From: a virus
IMG/VR virus record: IMGVR_UViG_3300025122_006404
Span: 1 to 64,000 of that record
DNA: 64,000 nt
Strand: one strand, 5' to 3'
Shown in pieces: positions 20,236 to 30,223 of the stretch. The number at the start of each line of letters is the position of its first letter. Positions within the stretch are counted from its first letter, which is position 1. The notes under the pieces were generated by a model. That model was not told the DNA's origin and did no database searches. It worked only from the letters and a program-made list of their open reading frames with translations. A program made the position numbers and the translations under genes.

Positions 20236-23200
20236 ATGGCGATTTTAATTTCACCCTTCATGATCGAGCAGGTCTCTTCGGACAAGAAACAGGCGTCTTC
20301 TACTGTGGATGAGCTGCCAGGCCATATTTGGAATTTTTATGAGGATTTTAATCTCCCGCTATCTGATCTTTATGAGCTCATTGATGCCATCGATAACGGA
20401 GAACTAAAAGACATTTCAGAAAAAATGGACGGACAAAATATCACCTTCAGCGTAAAATATGATGATCGAGCTGAACCCACACTTCTATTCTTTAATAAGG
20501 GAGCCACCTATAGAAATGTTATTCAGAATAAAGGAAAAAACAAAGAAGGGATTTCTTCTCATCCTTATCCTGAAAGTGTGAAAAGCGCTTTTCTTAAAGC
20601 TTACGATGCGTTAAGCTTAGCAGCTGTCCCTCCCCAGAAAAAAACGATGTGGGATGACCTTTTCTTGAATGGAAGGGTGCTTATTGAGACCGCACTATTG
20701 ACTCCTGAGAATCCCAATACAATTTTTTATGATAAACCTGAGATTAAATTTATCCAGGCTGCTGCAGTTGGACCCGACGCAGTTGTCAATGAGGATCTCT
20801 ATAGAGAATTTATCTCGTATGCAAGTGATATAGCTAATGAAAGCTTTGAGATGGGTCCCACTCCGATTTTAAATCTTTCACGAGCGCTTGAAAATACAAA
20901 GAAATATGCGAAGGCAATTAAAAATTCTTTTTCTGAGCTGGTGTCCGACTATGGCTTAAATGAGAAAAATACCATGGGAGACTTAGCTGAAGCAATGGTT
21001 CGAGAGAGATTACCTGAAAACATTCCTGAGTCTATGAAAGGTCCTGCTGCTCGGAGAATTGTGACCGGTCGAGCATCTGGAGCCAGTGCGCGTCAATTTG
21101 CTGCAGCAGGAGGAGACTGGGATGAATTCAAGGAAATTTTGGATAGAAGAGTAACGTTTCTGGCTGAATCAATTATTCCACTTGAGAAAATTATTCAGAG
21201 AGTGGGCGATCTTGCTTTTAGAAATCTTGAATTTACATTAAAAGCTAGTGGAATTCACTTCGAGGGAGAGGCTCATGACCCCGTTAAATTTATTGGTGAA
21301 ATTAGAAGTGCTTTTCAATCCGGACATGTTATTGCAGATCCCAAAGAAATGGATAAGATTAGAGTTGCTCTGGATAGAATTGGAGAGGATGAGAATCTAT
21401 ATAAAAATACAGAGGGAATCGTATTTTCTTGGAAGGGCGAGACAAAAAAGCTCACCGGCCTTTTCACTCCCATTAATAAACTTAGAGGATTTTTTGCTTA
21501 TGGCGGAGCAAAAATAAAGGATTCAGACAGCGAGACAGAAATGAGAGAGTGGGTGAAAACAAAGCTAAGAAGTGTCATTTTTCACGATTCCGTTTATCCC
21601 CTTCTAAGTGAAAGTGGAATTGCCTTTGGTACCCGCAAGCTTACTCGAGATGAGGTAAATAGAACCCTAGATAAGAATAGGTCCGATTCTTTCTATTCTC
21701 AAATATTGGCTCCATTGGGACTCGAAATAGAGGCACTTGGCAGTGCTGGTGATCCTGATCATCAGATCGTGGGTGATATAGATGTTATGACTCCGACAGA
21801 TGAAACTCCTTCTATGTTACGTGCAAAAATAGAAAAAATTGTTGGACCAGAAAATGTTAAACAGTTTCCCCAGCACGTAACTGTCAACTTTATTATTCCT
21901 GAGACTGAAGATCCCATTGCAATAGACATTGTTCCTACACAATATCCAGATGCCACCCGATATGCCATGAAAGGCGGCACCGTAGGTGGCGTCAAAGCTT
22001 CCTATCGTAACCTTCTTTTTGGACTAACAGCAAAGATTCTCGGAGAAAATGAATCTACATCTGACCTCGAGGTGAAATATACCTATCCACTTAAAGGAGG
22101 ATTAAGAAAAAGAACTCGCAGAAGAGACGCTAATCTTAAGAAAAATCAGTGGGAGACAGATGAGATTAACTGGAATCCCAGTGAGTACATTCCACAATTG
22201 ATGGGAGTGTTACCAGACGAGATAATCTCACAAACAAATCCCTCGGGATTTGATAAGGCTGATGTCGATACATTTGAAGAGCTAGTTGGATATCTTAAAA
22301 GGTCGGGAAGGCAAGATGTTCTCTCTAGGTTTGAAGAGTATATCGACAGATATCTACGACAGCATCCAGAAACAGCTCAGAAAGCAATTGACATTCTTTA
22401 TGACAAGGAAGAAAAAGGAGAAGAAAAAATGGCTACTATTACTGAAGATTCCCTAAGATCACTAATTAGAAAGGCTTTATCGGAGGACCTTGTATATCAC
22501 TCCTATAGGTTTGGAGACCTTGCTATAGATGATGATTCTCTTTCTCCGGGATCTATTACAAGTCTTGCAGATCTATTTGAAAAATTTAAGGATGAAGGAT
22601 TTAAAAAACAGGCCTCACTGGTCAAAATCTTAAACGAAGAGCTTACAGCAATTGTAAACTTTCCAGATAAGTACAAGTCAGCCTGGGAGACTGTGGGTGA
22701 ACACATGCTCTCCAGCTTAAATTTTATTCAGCAGACGGATATTGAGGGCGGTCCTAAAGTTGCAACCTTTTATGATGTTATAAGTCCGAGCGGAGTTCAT
22801 TTTTCTGTTAAGACTTCGCTAAAAAACCCGGGCGGCACCAGTGGAAATACTGCGACGTCCTCCTCTAATTTAAAACTTTCTCAGATGAAATATGTTTTGA
22901 ATAATCCCAGTTTAAAATTTGGTGTAATCGGATGTTTCAAAACAAAAGATAAGAAAAGCATCGTGTGGGAAGCAACTCCTTCTTTAAGTGGGGGAGAAAT
23001 TGAAATGCCCGAAGACCTTAACTCTCCTGATCAAATGATAGAAAGGCAATCGGTCATTTATAAGGTGAAGGGTAATGACGTTGAGGTAAGCTTTATTGGA
23101 ACATATAGAGGAGGAGATATTAGGCTGGAAGGCTCTGCAGCAATTAAGATCTTTGGCCAGTGGGAAAATTTATGGATAATCAATCTCATGCCGGTGGAGG

Positions 23201-23379
23201 AAACAGATGTCGAAATAGAAGAGCTCAGGCTGGCTTTGTTGCGATATGTAGGAGGGGCCTCAGATGATTCTCTTAAAAATATTTTAACAGCAATGGATGC
23301 TGCGGGAATAGAGATAGGAATAGAGATAAAAGGGTCACCTATTTCCGAGCATATTTCTTCTTCTGATAAAAATGAGTGA
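20236..23379 (+). CDS. three-domain protein: RNA-ligase-like adenylation domain, Pol-beta-type nucleotidyltransferase, possible PD-(D/E)xK domain
   Basis: SEKMDGQN, TEGIVF, KKLTG; LGSAG..GDIDV..IAIDI; FYDVIS..FSVKTS; domains separated by LxE-type motifs. Confidence 0.65.
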   Translation: MAILISPFMIEQVSSDKKQASSTVDELPGHIWNFYEDFNLPLSDLYELIDAIDNGELKDISEKMDGQNITFSVKYDDRAEPTLLFFNKGATYRNVIQNKGKNKEGISSHPYPESVKSAFLKAYDALSLAAVPPQKKTMWDDLFLNGRVLIETALLTPENPNTIFYDKPEIKFIQAAAVGPDAVVNEDLYREFISYASDIANESFEMGPTPILNLSRALENTKKYAKAIKNSFSELVSDYGLNEKNTMGDLAEAMVRERLPENIPESMKGPAARRIVTGRASGASARQFAAAGGDWDEFKEILDRRVTFLAESIIPLEKIIQRVGDLAFRNLEFTLKASGIHFEGEAHDPVKFIGEIRSAFQSGHVIADPKEMDKIRVALDRIGEDENLYKNTEGIVFSWKGETKKLTGLFTPINKLRGFFAYGGAKIKDSDSETEMREWVKTKLRSVIFHDSVYPLLSESGIAFGTRKLTRDEVNRTLDKNRSDSFYSQILAPLGLEIEALGSAGDPDHQIVGDIDVMTPTDETPSMLRAKIEKIVGPENVKQFPQHVTVNFIIPETEDPIAIDIVPTQYPDATRYAMKGGTVGGVKASYRNLLFGLTAKILGENESTSDLEVKYTYPLKGGLRKRTRRRDANLKKNQWETDEINWNPSEYIPQLMGVLPDEIISQTNPSGFDKADVDTFEELVGYLKRSGRQDVLSRFEEYIDRYLRQHPETAQKAIDILYDKEEKGEEKMATITEDSLRSLIRKALSEDLVYHSYRFGDLAIDDDSLSPGSITSLADLFEKFKDEGFKKQASLVKILNEELTAIVNFPDKYKSAWETVGEHMLSSLNFIQQTDIEGGPKVATFYDVISPSGVHFSVKTSLKNPGGTSGNTATSSSNLKLSQMKYVLNNPSLKFGVIGCFKTKDKKSIVWEATPSLSGGEIEMPEDLNSPDQMIERQSVIYKVKGNDVEVSFIGTYRGGDIRLEGSAAIKIFGQWENLWIINLMPVEETDVEIEELRLALLRYVGGASDDSLKNILTAMDAAGIEIGIEIKGSPISEHISSSDKNE

Positions 23380-23641
23380 TATTCCCAAGGTAATTTTAGA
23401 GCAAGTTAGCTTTGTTTCGTCATATGCTGAAAAGTGTGATGACTGGGTTACAATCAAAAAGGAAATTATGAGAGGAATTCCCTCTCATCTGAGAAAAAAC
23501 TTTTCTACCAGGGATCCCAAGAGTAAAGAGCAGTGGCTAAATGAATTTGAAAAGAAGTTAATTGAGTACTATAAAGATCTCACCGGGGTTGATCTTATTC
23601 TTCGATCCCTCGAAGAAAGAAGAAATAATGACATTTTATAG
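23372..23641 (+). CDS. hypothetical protein
   Basis: coupled ORF, 89 aa. Confidence 0.65.
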   Translation: MSDIPKVILEQVSFVSSYAEKCDDWVTIKKEIMRGIPSHLRKNFSTRDPKSKEQWLNEFEKKLIEYYKDLTGVDLILRSLEERRNNDIL

Positions 23642-23669
23642 CCGACTTAGTAAACGAATTTAAATTTTA

Positions 23670-23698
23670 ATATAAAATTTTAAAAATTGTTATAAAAT
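23670..23698 (+). promoter_or_regulatory. class I-like promoter ATATAA-N17-TAAAAT
   Basis: variant -35 with identical spacing; very AT-rich context. Confidence 0.4.
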
Positions 23699-23714
23699 AA
23701 TTTAGGAGAGAACA

Positions 23715-24077
23715 ATGAGTTCGGATAGTGATAATAGTAAGTGGATTCCTGAAATAATGTATGAGGAAACTGCAGAGGGAGACTCTTCCACCATACCTTT
23801 TGTTATGGTGCCGGAAGGGAAGCTTATGCCTAATGTTCTGTTTATTTTCGAAAGTCGAGAAACTGGGGAATTTGAACCAGGCTCGGAAGGAGAAGAAGTT
23901 CCAGTTCTTGAATGGAACCTGCATCAATATGCAGATATGGAGGTCTTGAGAAAAAATTTAAACTGGATTGAATATGATAATGTTAGATTTGCCCTAGGGC
24001 TCGAGCCGATAGAAAAAGCAGCAGCGCTAGGAAAACAAATTAGCGAAACAATTAGAAATACGGTTGAAAAAAAGTGA
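23715..24077 (+). CDS. hypothetical protein
   Basis: AGGAG RBS, 120 aa. Confidence 0.7.
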   Translation: MSSDSDNSKWIPEIMYEETAEGDSSTIPFVMVPEGKLMPNVLFIFESRETGEFEPGSEGEEVPVLEWNLHQYADMEVLRKNLNWIEYDNVRFALGLEPIEKAAALGKQISETIRNTVEKK

Positions 24078-24838
24078 TAGATTATCTCGACCGAGAGATG
24101 ATGAGAAATGCACTCATCAGAATGCAAATTTTTCATAAAGAAATGAACGATCTTCATAAAAAATTTGAAATAAGTTTCTTAGAAAATCTGGGGCGAAGAA
24201 ACAATATTATGTCTCAATCTCAGGAAAACTTTATTGCTCACGAGATTGCTAAATCTTTTGAAGGTGTAGTTTGTGATGGAAGAACTGGGAAAGCGGACAT
24301 TAGAATTGAATCTTTAGACGCTGAGCTTGAATGTAAACTTACTACTAGAAACAGATCAGGTCAGATTAGTTTACAGACTGATTATGAGACTTTGAAATCA
24401 AAAGGCAGCTTAGATTACATTTATGTCATAGCGTCGGATGATTTTAATTCCTTTGCAGCTCTCCATTTTAAAGGTTTGACTTGCGATGACTTCCGAGTTC
24501 CCTCTCTGGGTGCTAGAGGGAAGTCACAAATGATTAAATCAAAGGCAATGCTAAAATGCAAGGCACTGATGGGGGAAGTGATAAATAATAACGAAATTGA
24601 GCTGGACAAGCTTTCAGCAAGATATTCTCAAACTTTAAAGGAGTCTGACGTCCGTCTTGGGGAAATTGGTAATCGACTCAAAGAATCAGCTAGGAAAAAA
24701 GAGTCTGCAATGTTACAGAGAATGATGACTCAAGAAAGTCAGAGATTTGATAAGAAAATAAAAAATATTTTAAAAAAAATTGATTACTGGAAAATTTCCA
24801 CGACCAGGTTTAGCATTGATCTTGAAAAGATATCTTAA
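24074..24838 (+). CDS. PD-(D/E)xK nuclease-like protein with C-terminal coiled coil
   Basis: E..,KADIRI..ELECKLT motif. Confidence 0.55.
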   Translation: MIDYLDREMMRNALIRMQIFHKEMNDLHKKFEISFLENLGRRNNIMSQSQENFIAHEIAKSFEGVVCDGRTGKADIRIESLDAELECKLTTRNRSGQISLQTDYETLKSKGSLDYIYVIASDDFNSFAALHFKGLTCDDFRVPSLGARGKSQMIKSKAMLKCKALMGEVINNNEIELDKLSARYSQTLKESDVRLGEIGNRLKESARKKESAMLQRMMTQESQRFDKKIKNILKKIDYWKISTTRFSIDLEKIS

Positions 24839-24874
24839 AGCTATTAATATCAAAGCATTTTACTTCTTTGCCAT

Positions 24875-24881
24875 ATATTTA
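24875..24881 (+). promoter_or_regulatory. class II motif ATATTTA
   Basis: upstream of AGGAG and ATG 24905. Confidence 0.55.
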
Positions 24882-24904
24882 ATAAGGAATAGGAGATCAT
24901 ACTA

Positions 24905-25576
24905 ATGAATTTTGATGCTAATCGGCTAGCTAAGCTTGCTGGACTTTCTACCGACCAATCAAAAAGAGTTTTATCTGAGGGCCAGCTTCAGGAACTTGGA
25001 AATCAGCGTAAAAGAGATGAGCAGGGTGACCAAGATGAAGGCGGTCATGATCTTGCAGAGTTAAAAGATATTGAATGGCTCGGTGAAGAAGATGACGATG
25101 ACTGGGGCAGCGATGAGGATGAGTATAAACGCCGCGACGGACATCGCACCGGTGATGTCGAAGGTCATTACAAGGACTACGAGCTGGGAGAGAATGAGGA
25201 CGAAGAGCTCTCTGGGACCACATCCAGCAAAGATGATCTGTCAAAAACTCACCGAGATGGAGAGGGTGAGTTAGCCGATCCCGAGTTAGATTATGATGAG
25301 GATGAACTCGTCGATGAGAATAGTGTGATCGAGATAGATGAGAACATGCTTAAAAGAGAAATTTTAAGAATGAAAGCTAAAAGAAAGAAAAATCTTCAGG
25401 AAAATAATTTTAGAAAGATGATTCGAAGCGAAATCCAGCAAGTTATTAAGTCTCTATCAGAATCTGATTCAGACCTATACACTGATTCCTCCTGGCTGTA
25501 TGGTGATAATAAGCCAACACTAAGCAAAAAGGGTCAGATAATTAGAGGAATTCCTGGAATTGGCTTTAAGAGGTAA
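24905..25576 (+). CDS. highly acidic protein, putative head scaffold/internal protein
   Basis: RLAKLAGL..VLSE, DENMLKREI, LQENNFRKMIRSEI..LSES. Confidence 0.7.
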   Translation: MNFDANRLAKLAGLSTDQSKRVLSEGQLQELGNQRKRDEQGDQDEGGHDLAELKDIEWLGEEDDDDWGSDEDEYKRRDGHRTGDVEGHYKDYELGENEDEELSGTTSSKDDLSKTHRDGEGELADPELDYDEDELVDENSVIEIDENMLKREILRMKAKRKKNLQENNFRKMIRSEIQQVIKSLSESDSDLYTDSSWLYGDNKPTLSKKGQIIRGIPGIGFKR

Positions 25577-25599
25577 TCTTCTAAATATTCAACAGAGAT

Positions 25600-25782
25600 A
25601 TGAAACTTCACCAAACTGTTATTGAAAAGTTAGTGACCGTTTTCGAAAAATACGGCGGTCATAGAGAAGAGATAAAATTAAAAGAAGCTTTGAATGAATT
25701 AAGCTTTACTGTATATGCACAGCAATCTACAGGAAATGATATTTTAGTTCTTACCGAAGACATGGAAAAACATAGAACATAG
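25600..25782 (+). CDS. hypothetical protein
   Basis: short ORF on dominant strand. Confidence 0.5.
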   Translation: MKLHQTVIEKLVTVFEKYGGHREEIKLKEALNELSFTVYAQQSTGNDILVLTEDMEKHRT

Positions 25783-25872
25783 AGAAATATTTTTATTTGA
25801 ATCTTAGAAGTCATTAACTTGACTTCTTTTTTTTTGTAAAAATAGGAGTGTTATCTTTATGATGTTAAAGAG

Positions 25873-26292
25873 ATGAGATACAGTGTCGGTCAGGTAATAT
25901 ATCTTTTATTAAATAGTGAAAGAAAGGTAGTGCCTGCTCAAATTATTGAACAAATTGTACGTAAGACTCTAGAGGGAGAGAGTATTTCCTATCTAGTAGA
26001 ATTCCCAGACAATAAAAGATCGAAAGCTCACTTAGAAAAACTAGACGCACAAATTTTTACATCTTCCGATGAAATTAAAAATAAAATGATTAAAAATGCT
26101 AAAGAAATGATTGAGTCAATCATCGGAGAAGCAGAAGCTACAGCGAATCAAAGTTTTGATGTTTTATCTTCAGAGGTCCCCGTTGAAGACGAACCACCCC
26201 CTGCAGTGGAAAATATTGATTCTCATTCGCCTATAAAGGTCGACCTCGGCGATGGTTTTACTGGAAATTTTAACTTTACAGAAAGTTCTTAA
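25873..26292 (+). CDS. hypothetical protein, N-terminal KOW/SH3-like
   Basis: MRYSVGQVIY start. Confidence 0.65.
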   Translation: MRYSVGQVIYLLLNSERKVVPAQIIEQIVRKTLEGESISYLVEFPDNKRSKAHLEKLDAQIFTSSDEIKNKMIKNAKEMIESIIGEAEATANQSFDVLSSEVPVEDEPPPAVENIDSHSPIKVDLGDGFTGNFNFTESS

Positions 26293-26303
26293 CAGGAGAA
26301 AGA

Positions 26304-26489
26304 ATGGAAAAAACTTTAACAGAGAATGAATTAAAAAAGCTTAGAGAAGCTCACATATTAGAGAAGGATGAAATTGCATTTCAATCTGGGGATCTCTTCG
26401 TGGCCGAAAATGTTTGTACCCGAAAGCGAAGGATAATAGAGGTGAATAAGATTCTGGGTGAATCAGGAAGAAAAATCTTAAAGGGATAA
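26304..26489 (+). CDS. hypothetical protein
   Basis: AGGAG RBS. Confidence 0.6.
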   Translation: MEKTLTENELKKLREAHILEKDEIAFQSGDLFVAENVCTRKRRIIEVNKILGESGRKILKG

Positions 26490-26490
26490 A

Positions 26491-28164
26491 ATGAATAGCA
26501 CTTATAAATTAATTGAATTTGATTCTGTAGCTAGAGAGCTCCTTCTTGAAGGAGTTAATATTCTCTCAAATGCGGTAAAAGTTACAATGGGTCCCCGGGG
26601 AAGGAACGTGATCATTGAGAACCCTGGAGACTATCCTGTTTTAACAAAAGACGGGGTAACTGTTGCCCGAGCCATCAATTTAAGAAATCAATTTTTAAAT
26701 CTAGGTGCACAGATGGTGAAGCAAGCTGCTTCCCGTACTTCTGATGTGGCTGGGGACGGCACCACCACAGCCACAGTTCTATCTCAAGCAATATTTTTAG
26801 AAGGGGTCAAGATGATAGCTGCCGGATATCCGGCAGCTGACATTAGAAAAGGAATAAATTTTGCAACGGAGAAAGCAATTAAAAATCTTAAATTACTTGC
26901 CATTCCCGTAACAGAAGATGAAGAGGTGAAACAGGTGGGAACTATCTCTGCTAATGGTGAAGAAGAGATAGGAGAGTTACTTTTAGAAGCTTTGAATGCA
27001 GTGGGACGAGACGGTGTGATAACAGTAGAAGAAGCAAAAGGGTTTAATACTTCATTAGACATAATCGAAGGTATGCAGCTTGAAAGAGGGTATCTTTCGC
27101 CTTATTTTGTTACAAATCAAGAAAGGATGACATGTGACCTTGAAAAGCCTCTAATCTTGATGTGCAGCAAAAAGCTTGATAATTTAAAGGAAGTCATGCC
27201 CATTCTTGAAAAAGTTTTAAATACACAAAGAAGCCTGCTTATTATTTCTGATGATGTCGATGGTGATGCAATGCAAGGGCTGGTTGTAAATAAAATGAGA
27301 GGCGCTCTTAGAGTTTGTGCAATTAGGTCGCCAGGCTTTGGAGAGAATCGAATTAATATGATGAAAGACGTTGCAGTCCTGACAGGATGTAAAAAAATAA
27401 TCTCAGACGCCTCAGGAGAGACACTTAGTGATATCGGGATCGAAGATCTAGGTACATGCAAGAAAGCTATTATAGGAAAGATGGGAACCTTGATCATGGG
27501 AGGCGCGGGATCGTCAGAAAACATAGCGAATAGAATTAAGGAAATTAAAGAACAATTAGAGAATGATCTTCTTGAAGAAGATGAGTCGGGTTATTTAAAG
27601 ATGAGACTCGCTAAGCTGGCCGGAGGGGTGGCAGTTTTACGTGTGGGAGGATCCACGGAGGCTGAAATGGGAGAAAGAAAGGACCGGGTGGAAGATGCTC
27701 TTAATGCAACACAGGCAGCCATTGAGGAAGGAATTGTTCCTGGAGGTGGAGTGGCTTTAGTAAGAAGTGTTAAAGACTTAAAACCTCCCAAGGATCACAA
27801 GGATGACGGATTCGGTGCCGGAGTGGATATTATAAAAAAAGCCTGCCTTTCTCCGTTGAGACAGATCGTAAGAAATTCAGGGGGCACCCCTGATGTTGTG
27901 CTTGAAAAAATTCGAAACGGAGGAGAGGAATACGGATACAATGCTCAGGAGGATTGCTACGGAGACATGTTTAAGATGGGAATAATAGATCCTCTCAAAG
28001 TGGTACGGAGCGCCCTAGAAAATGCTGCATCTTCTGCGTCAATGTTACTGACCATAGGATGTGCCATGATCGAAGAAAGAGAGTCCGAATCTTTAGACAG
28101 TGGACTTTTTAACAAAAGTCGTGGACGAAAAGAATATTTAAATATAGATGATCCCTACTCCTGA
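26491..28164 (+). CDS. groEL: chaperonin GroEL (no GGM tail)
   Basis: TMGPRGRNV, TKDGVTVA, AGDGTTTAT, GIVPGGG, GIIDPLKV. Confidence 0.97.
   Translation: MNSTYKLIEFDSVARELLLEGVNILSNAVKVTMGPRGRNVIIENPGDYPVLTKDGVTVARAINLRNQFLNLGAQMVKQAASRTSDVAGDGTTTATVLSQAIFLEGVKMIAAGYPAADIRKGINFATEKAIKNLKLLAIPVTEDEEVKQVGTISANGEEEIGELLLEALNAVGRDGVITVEEAKGFNTSLDIIEGMQLERGYLSPYFVTNQERMTCDLEKPLILMCSKKLDNLKEVMPILEKVLNTQRSLLIISDDVDGDAMQGLVVNKMRGALRVCAIRSPGFGENRINMMKDVAVLTGCKKIISDASGETLSDIGIEDLGTCKKAIIGKMGTLIMGGAGSSENIANRIKEIKEQLENDLLEEDESGYLKMRLAKLAGGVAVLRVGGSTEAEMGERKDRVEDALNATQAAIEEGIVPGGGVALVRSVKDLKPPKDHKDDGFGAGVDIIKKACLSPLRQIVRNSGGTPDVVLEKIRNGGEEYGYNAQEDCYGDMFKMGIIDPLKVVRSALENAASSASMLLTIGCAMIEERESESLDSGLFNKSRGRKEYLNIDDPYS
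28134..28140 (+). promoter_or_regulatory. class II motif ATATTTA
   Basis: 7 nt upstream of ATG 28148, inside groEL 3' end. Confidence 0.5.
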
Positions 28165-28549
28165 AAAAAACTTTAGAAGCTCTATTCAATCTATTCTTGA
28201 ACAATCGGAACCTGAGTCTGAGTTTAGACTAGACAGAGAGCTAGTAAATGTTACATGTCAGCTGAATCTTGATGATCGTGTACATGTTCCCGACTTGCTG
28301 ACACGAATAAGGGTTCTACCCACAGTCTCTGTTGTAGGACAAACAGAGAAAGTGATAAGGTCTTCAGCTGCTGGCGGCAAAGCGAGCCTTGATATTTATA
28401 TTAAATTTTTACCTGCTCCCGGAAATACCCTTAAGAATCTTCGTGCAATGGCACGATTGGTGAAGTCATTGCCGGGAGTTAATATTGTAAAAATCATAGC
28501 TGTCGGGGGAAAAAGGGTGATGTATCAAGGGAAGCCCTTAGTAATTTAA
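28148..28549 (+). CDS. hypothetical protein (ACT/ferredoxin-like pattern) with N-terminal FRxxI..ILE leader
   Basis: NFRSSIQSILEQ; LVKSLPGVNIV. Confidence 0.65.
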   Translation: MIPTPEKNFRSSIQSILEQSEPESEFRLDRELVNVTCQLNLDDRVHVPDLLTRIRVLPTVSVVGQTEKVIRSSAAGGKASLDIYIKFLPAPGNTLKNLRAMARLVKSLPGVNIVKIIAVGGKRVMYQGKPLVI

Positions 28550-28831
28550 ATGTCACATGAGCTAAACGCTTTCATTAGAGAGTGCCTTATAGAGTCAAAA
28601 AAAATTAAAAGACCTCATAAAAAAACTGCACGAATTATTTGTGCATTTCCCGGTAATCTTAGACACATCCTCAATTGGCTCCAGCTTAACAAGGCTTGCA
28701 AATCAATTGGTGAAATTAAAAAGGCAGGCAATATTTATTATGTCACAGTTAGAGTTTCATCCACTTCCGGTAGACAGAAAGTTAAAGATCTCGTAAAGAG
28801 CAGATTTGGTAATATCGGGAGGGTTGAATAA
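28550..28831 (+). CDS. hypothetical protein with LxxFIRE..LIE leader
   Basis: MSHELNAFIRECLIES. Confidence 0.6.
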   Translation: MSHELNAFIRECLIESKKIKRPHKKTARIICAFPGNLRHILNWLQLNKACKSIGEIKKAGNIYYVTVRVSSTSGRQKVKDLVKSRFGNIGRVE

Positions 28832-29166
28832 TGCCAAACGGAACAACAGAAGACTGGGTAGGAAAGCTGCAAGATGCGCTAACAGAGCTAAAGATATCTT
28901 CAGTAAACGTTGAGGCCAAGTTAGATCAAATTCAAATTGCATTTCAGAAAATTGAAAGCAACATGGAGGATATGCAGTCGGCTTCTTCTGATCAGGAAAC
29001 TCGATTGCAGCTTTTAGAAGCTCACTGTGGGAGAATTCCAGATCGATTAAATGAGGATCTTGCTCTACTTAAGGCACAGGTTTCAACATATCAAAAATTT
29101 TTATGGGTAGTGACAATAGGGCTTACTGGTGTGATAATAAACATATTTTTTAGACATCTTATATAA
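28831..29166 (+). CDS. coiled-coil protein with C-terminal TM (XhlA-like topology)
   Basis: heptads followed by FLWVVTIGLTGVIINIFF. Confidence 0.6.
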   Translation: MPNGTTEDWVGKLQDALTELKISSVNVEAKLDQIQIAFQKIESNMEDMQSASSDQETRLQLLEAHCGRIPDRLNEDLALLKAQVSTYQKFLWVVTIGLTGVIINIFFRHLI

Positions 29167-29172
29167 AATTTC

Positions 29173-29201
29173 ATGTAAATACCTTTTAGATGTGGTATAA
29201 T
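29173..29201 (+). promoter_or_regulatory. class I promoter ATGTAA-N17-TATAAT (TGG extended -10)
   Basis: conserved motif heading the sigma-factor operon. Confidence 0.7.
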
Positions 29202-29223
29202 AGATACAATCTAGAGAAATACT

Positions 29224-29415
29224 TTGTTTTCTAATGATGATGTCGTCAGAATGCCCACCGAAGGTTTAATAGAGTATTCTCGGTATCTATTAAAAAAAAT
29301 TGAAAAACTTAAAAAGAAAAATTCAAATACAAAACAAGCTGAAATTGAGTTTTGCTATATTCACAGACGGATCGAAAAAAGATTGAAAAAGGTCAACGAT
29401 CCCCTTTCCCATTAG
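29224..29415 (+). CDS. hypothetical protein
   Basis: short ORF after promoter. Confidence 0.5.
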   Translation: MFSNDDVVRMPTEGLIEYSRYLLKKIEKLKKKNSNTKQAEIEFCYIHRRIEKRLKKVNDPLSH

Positions 29416-29451
29416 ACAATAGTGTCTATATTTTCATGTTAGGAAAATTTT

Positions 29452-30222
29452 ATGTCAACAACAATTGATTCTTACTTTAAAGATGTTTCTAGAACTCGTC
29501 TTCTCACTAGGGAGGAAGAGGTTCTACTTTCTCAACGGATAGAAAAAGGGGACAAAAGTGCCCGGGACATAATGATAGAATCTAATCTTAGGCTGGCAAT
29601 CAGCATTGCTAAGAAATACTCTCGTGGTGGTGGAAATCTACCCGATCTAATTCAGGAATCTAACATTGGATTAATGAAGGCGGTAGATAGATATGACTGG
29701 AGAAGAGGATTTAAATTTAGCACCTATGCCAGCTGGTGGATTAGACAGTCCGTTACTAGGCACTTGTGTACACACGGGAGCACTGTGCGAATCCCTTCAC
29801 ACACCTCGGGTTTAATTTATAAAATTTCTCGAGTTACCCGAGAATATTCTCAGGAATTTGGACAAAATCCTACATCTTCTGAACTGGCCGATTTGCTCAA
29901 TGTCTCTGAATCATTGATAAAAGTGAGCCTTGAGTCCATGACCTTAAGAAATATGCTATCGATTGACGCATCGATCAATAATGATAGTGATAATCGCAGG
30001 TTTGCCGAAGTTCTTGCTGATCCCAATTCAATTGATCCCAATAAGATTATGGATCGACAAAAAATTATGGATGCAATTTGTGAGTGTCTTGGGCAGCTTT
30101 CAGAAAGAGAAGAGAAAATTTTAAGACTTCGGTTTGGAATCGTCCAGGACCTTCTTACATTAGATGATTTAGAAATTTCTGAATCAGAAACTAACAAAAT
30201 TAAACTACAGGAGAGAAAGTAG
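29452..30222 (+). CDS. sigma70-family factor (regions 1.2, 2, 3, 4.1; region 4.2 absent)
   Basis: LLTREEE, ESNLRL, DLIQE..GLMKAV, FKFSTYASWWIRQ, LSEREEKILRLRFG, then ends without TRERVRQ helix. Confidence 0.93.
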   Translation: MSTTIDSYFKDVSRTRLLTREEEVLLSQRIEKGDKSARDIMIESNLRLAISIAKKYSRGGGNLPDLIQESNIGLMKAVDRYDWRRGFKFSTYASWWIRQSVTRHLCTHGSTVRIPSHTSGLIYKISRVTREYSQEFGQNPTSSELADLLNVSESLIKVSLESMTLRNMLSIDASINNDSDNRRFAEVLADPNSIDPNKIMDRQKIMDAICECLGQLSEREEKILRLRFGIVQDLLTLDDLEISESETNKIKLQERK

Positions 30223-30223
30223 A

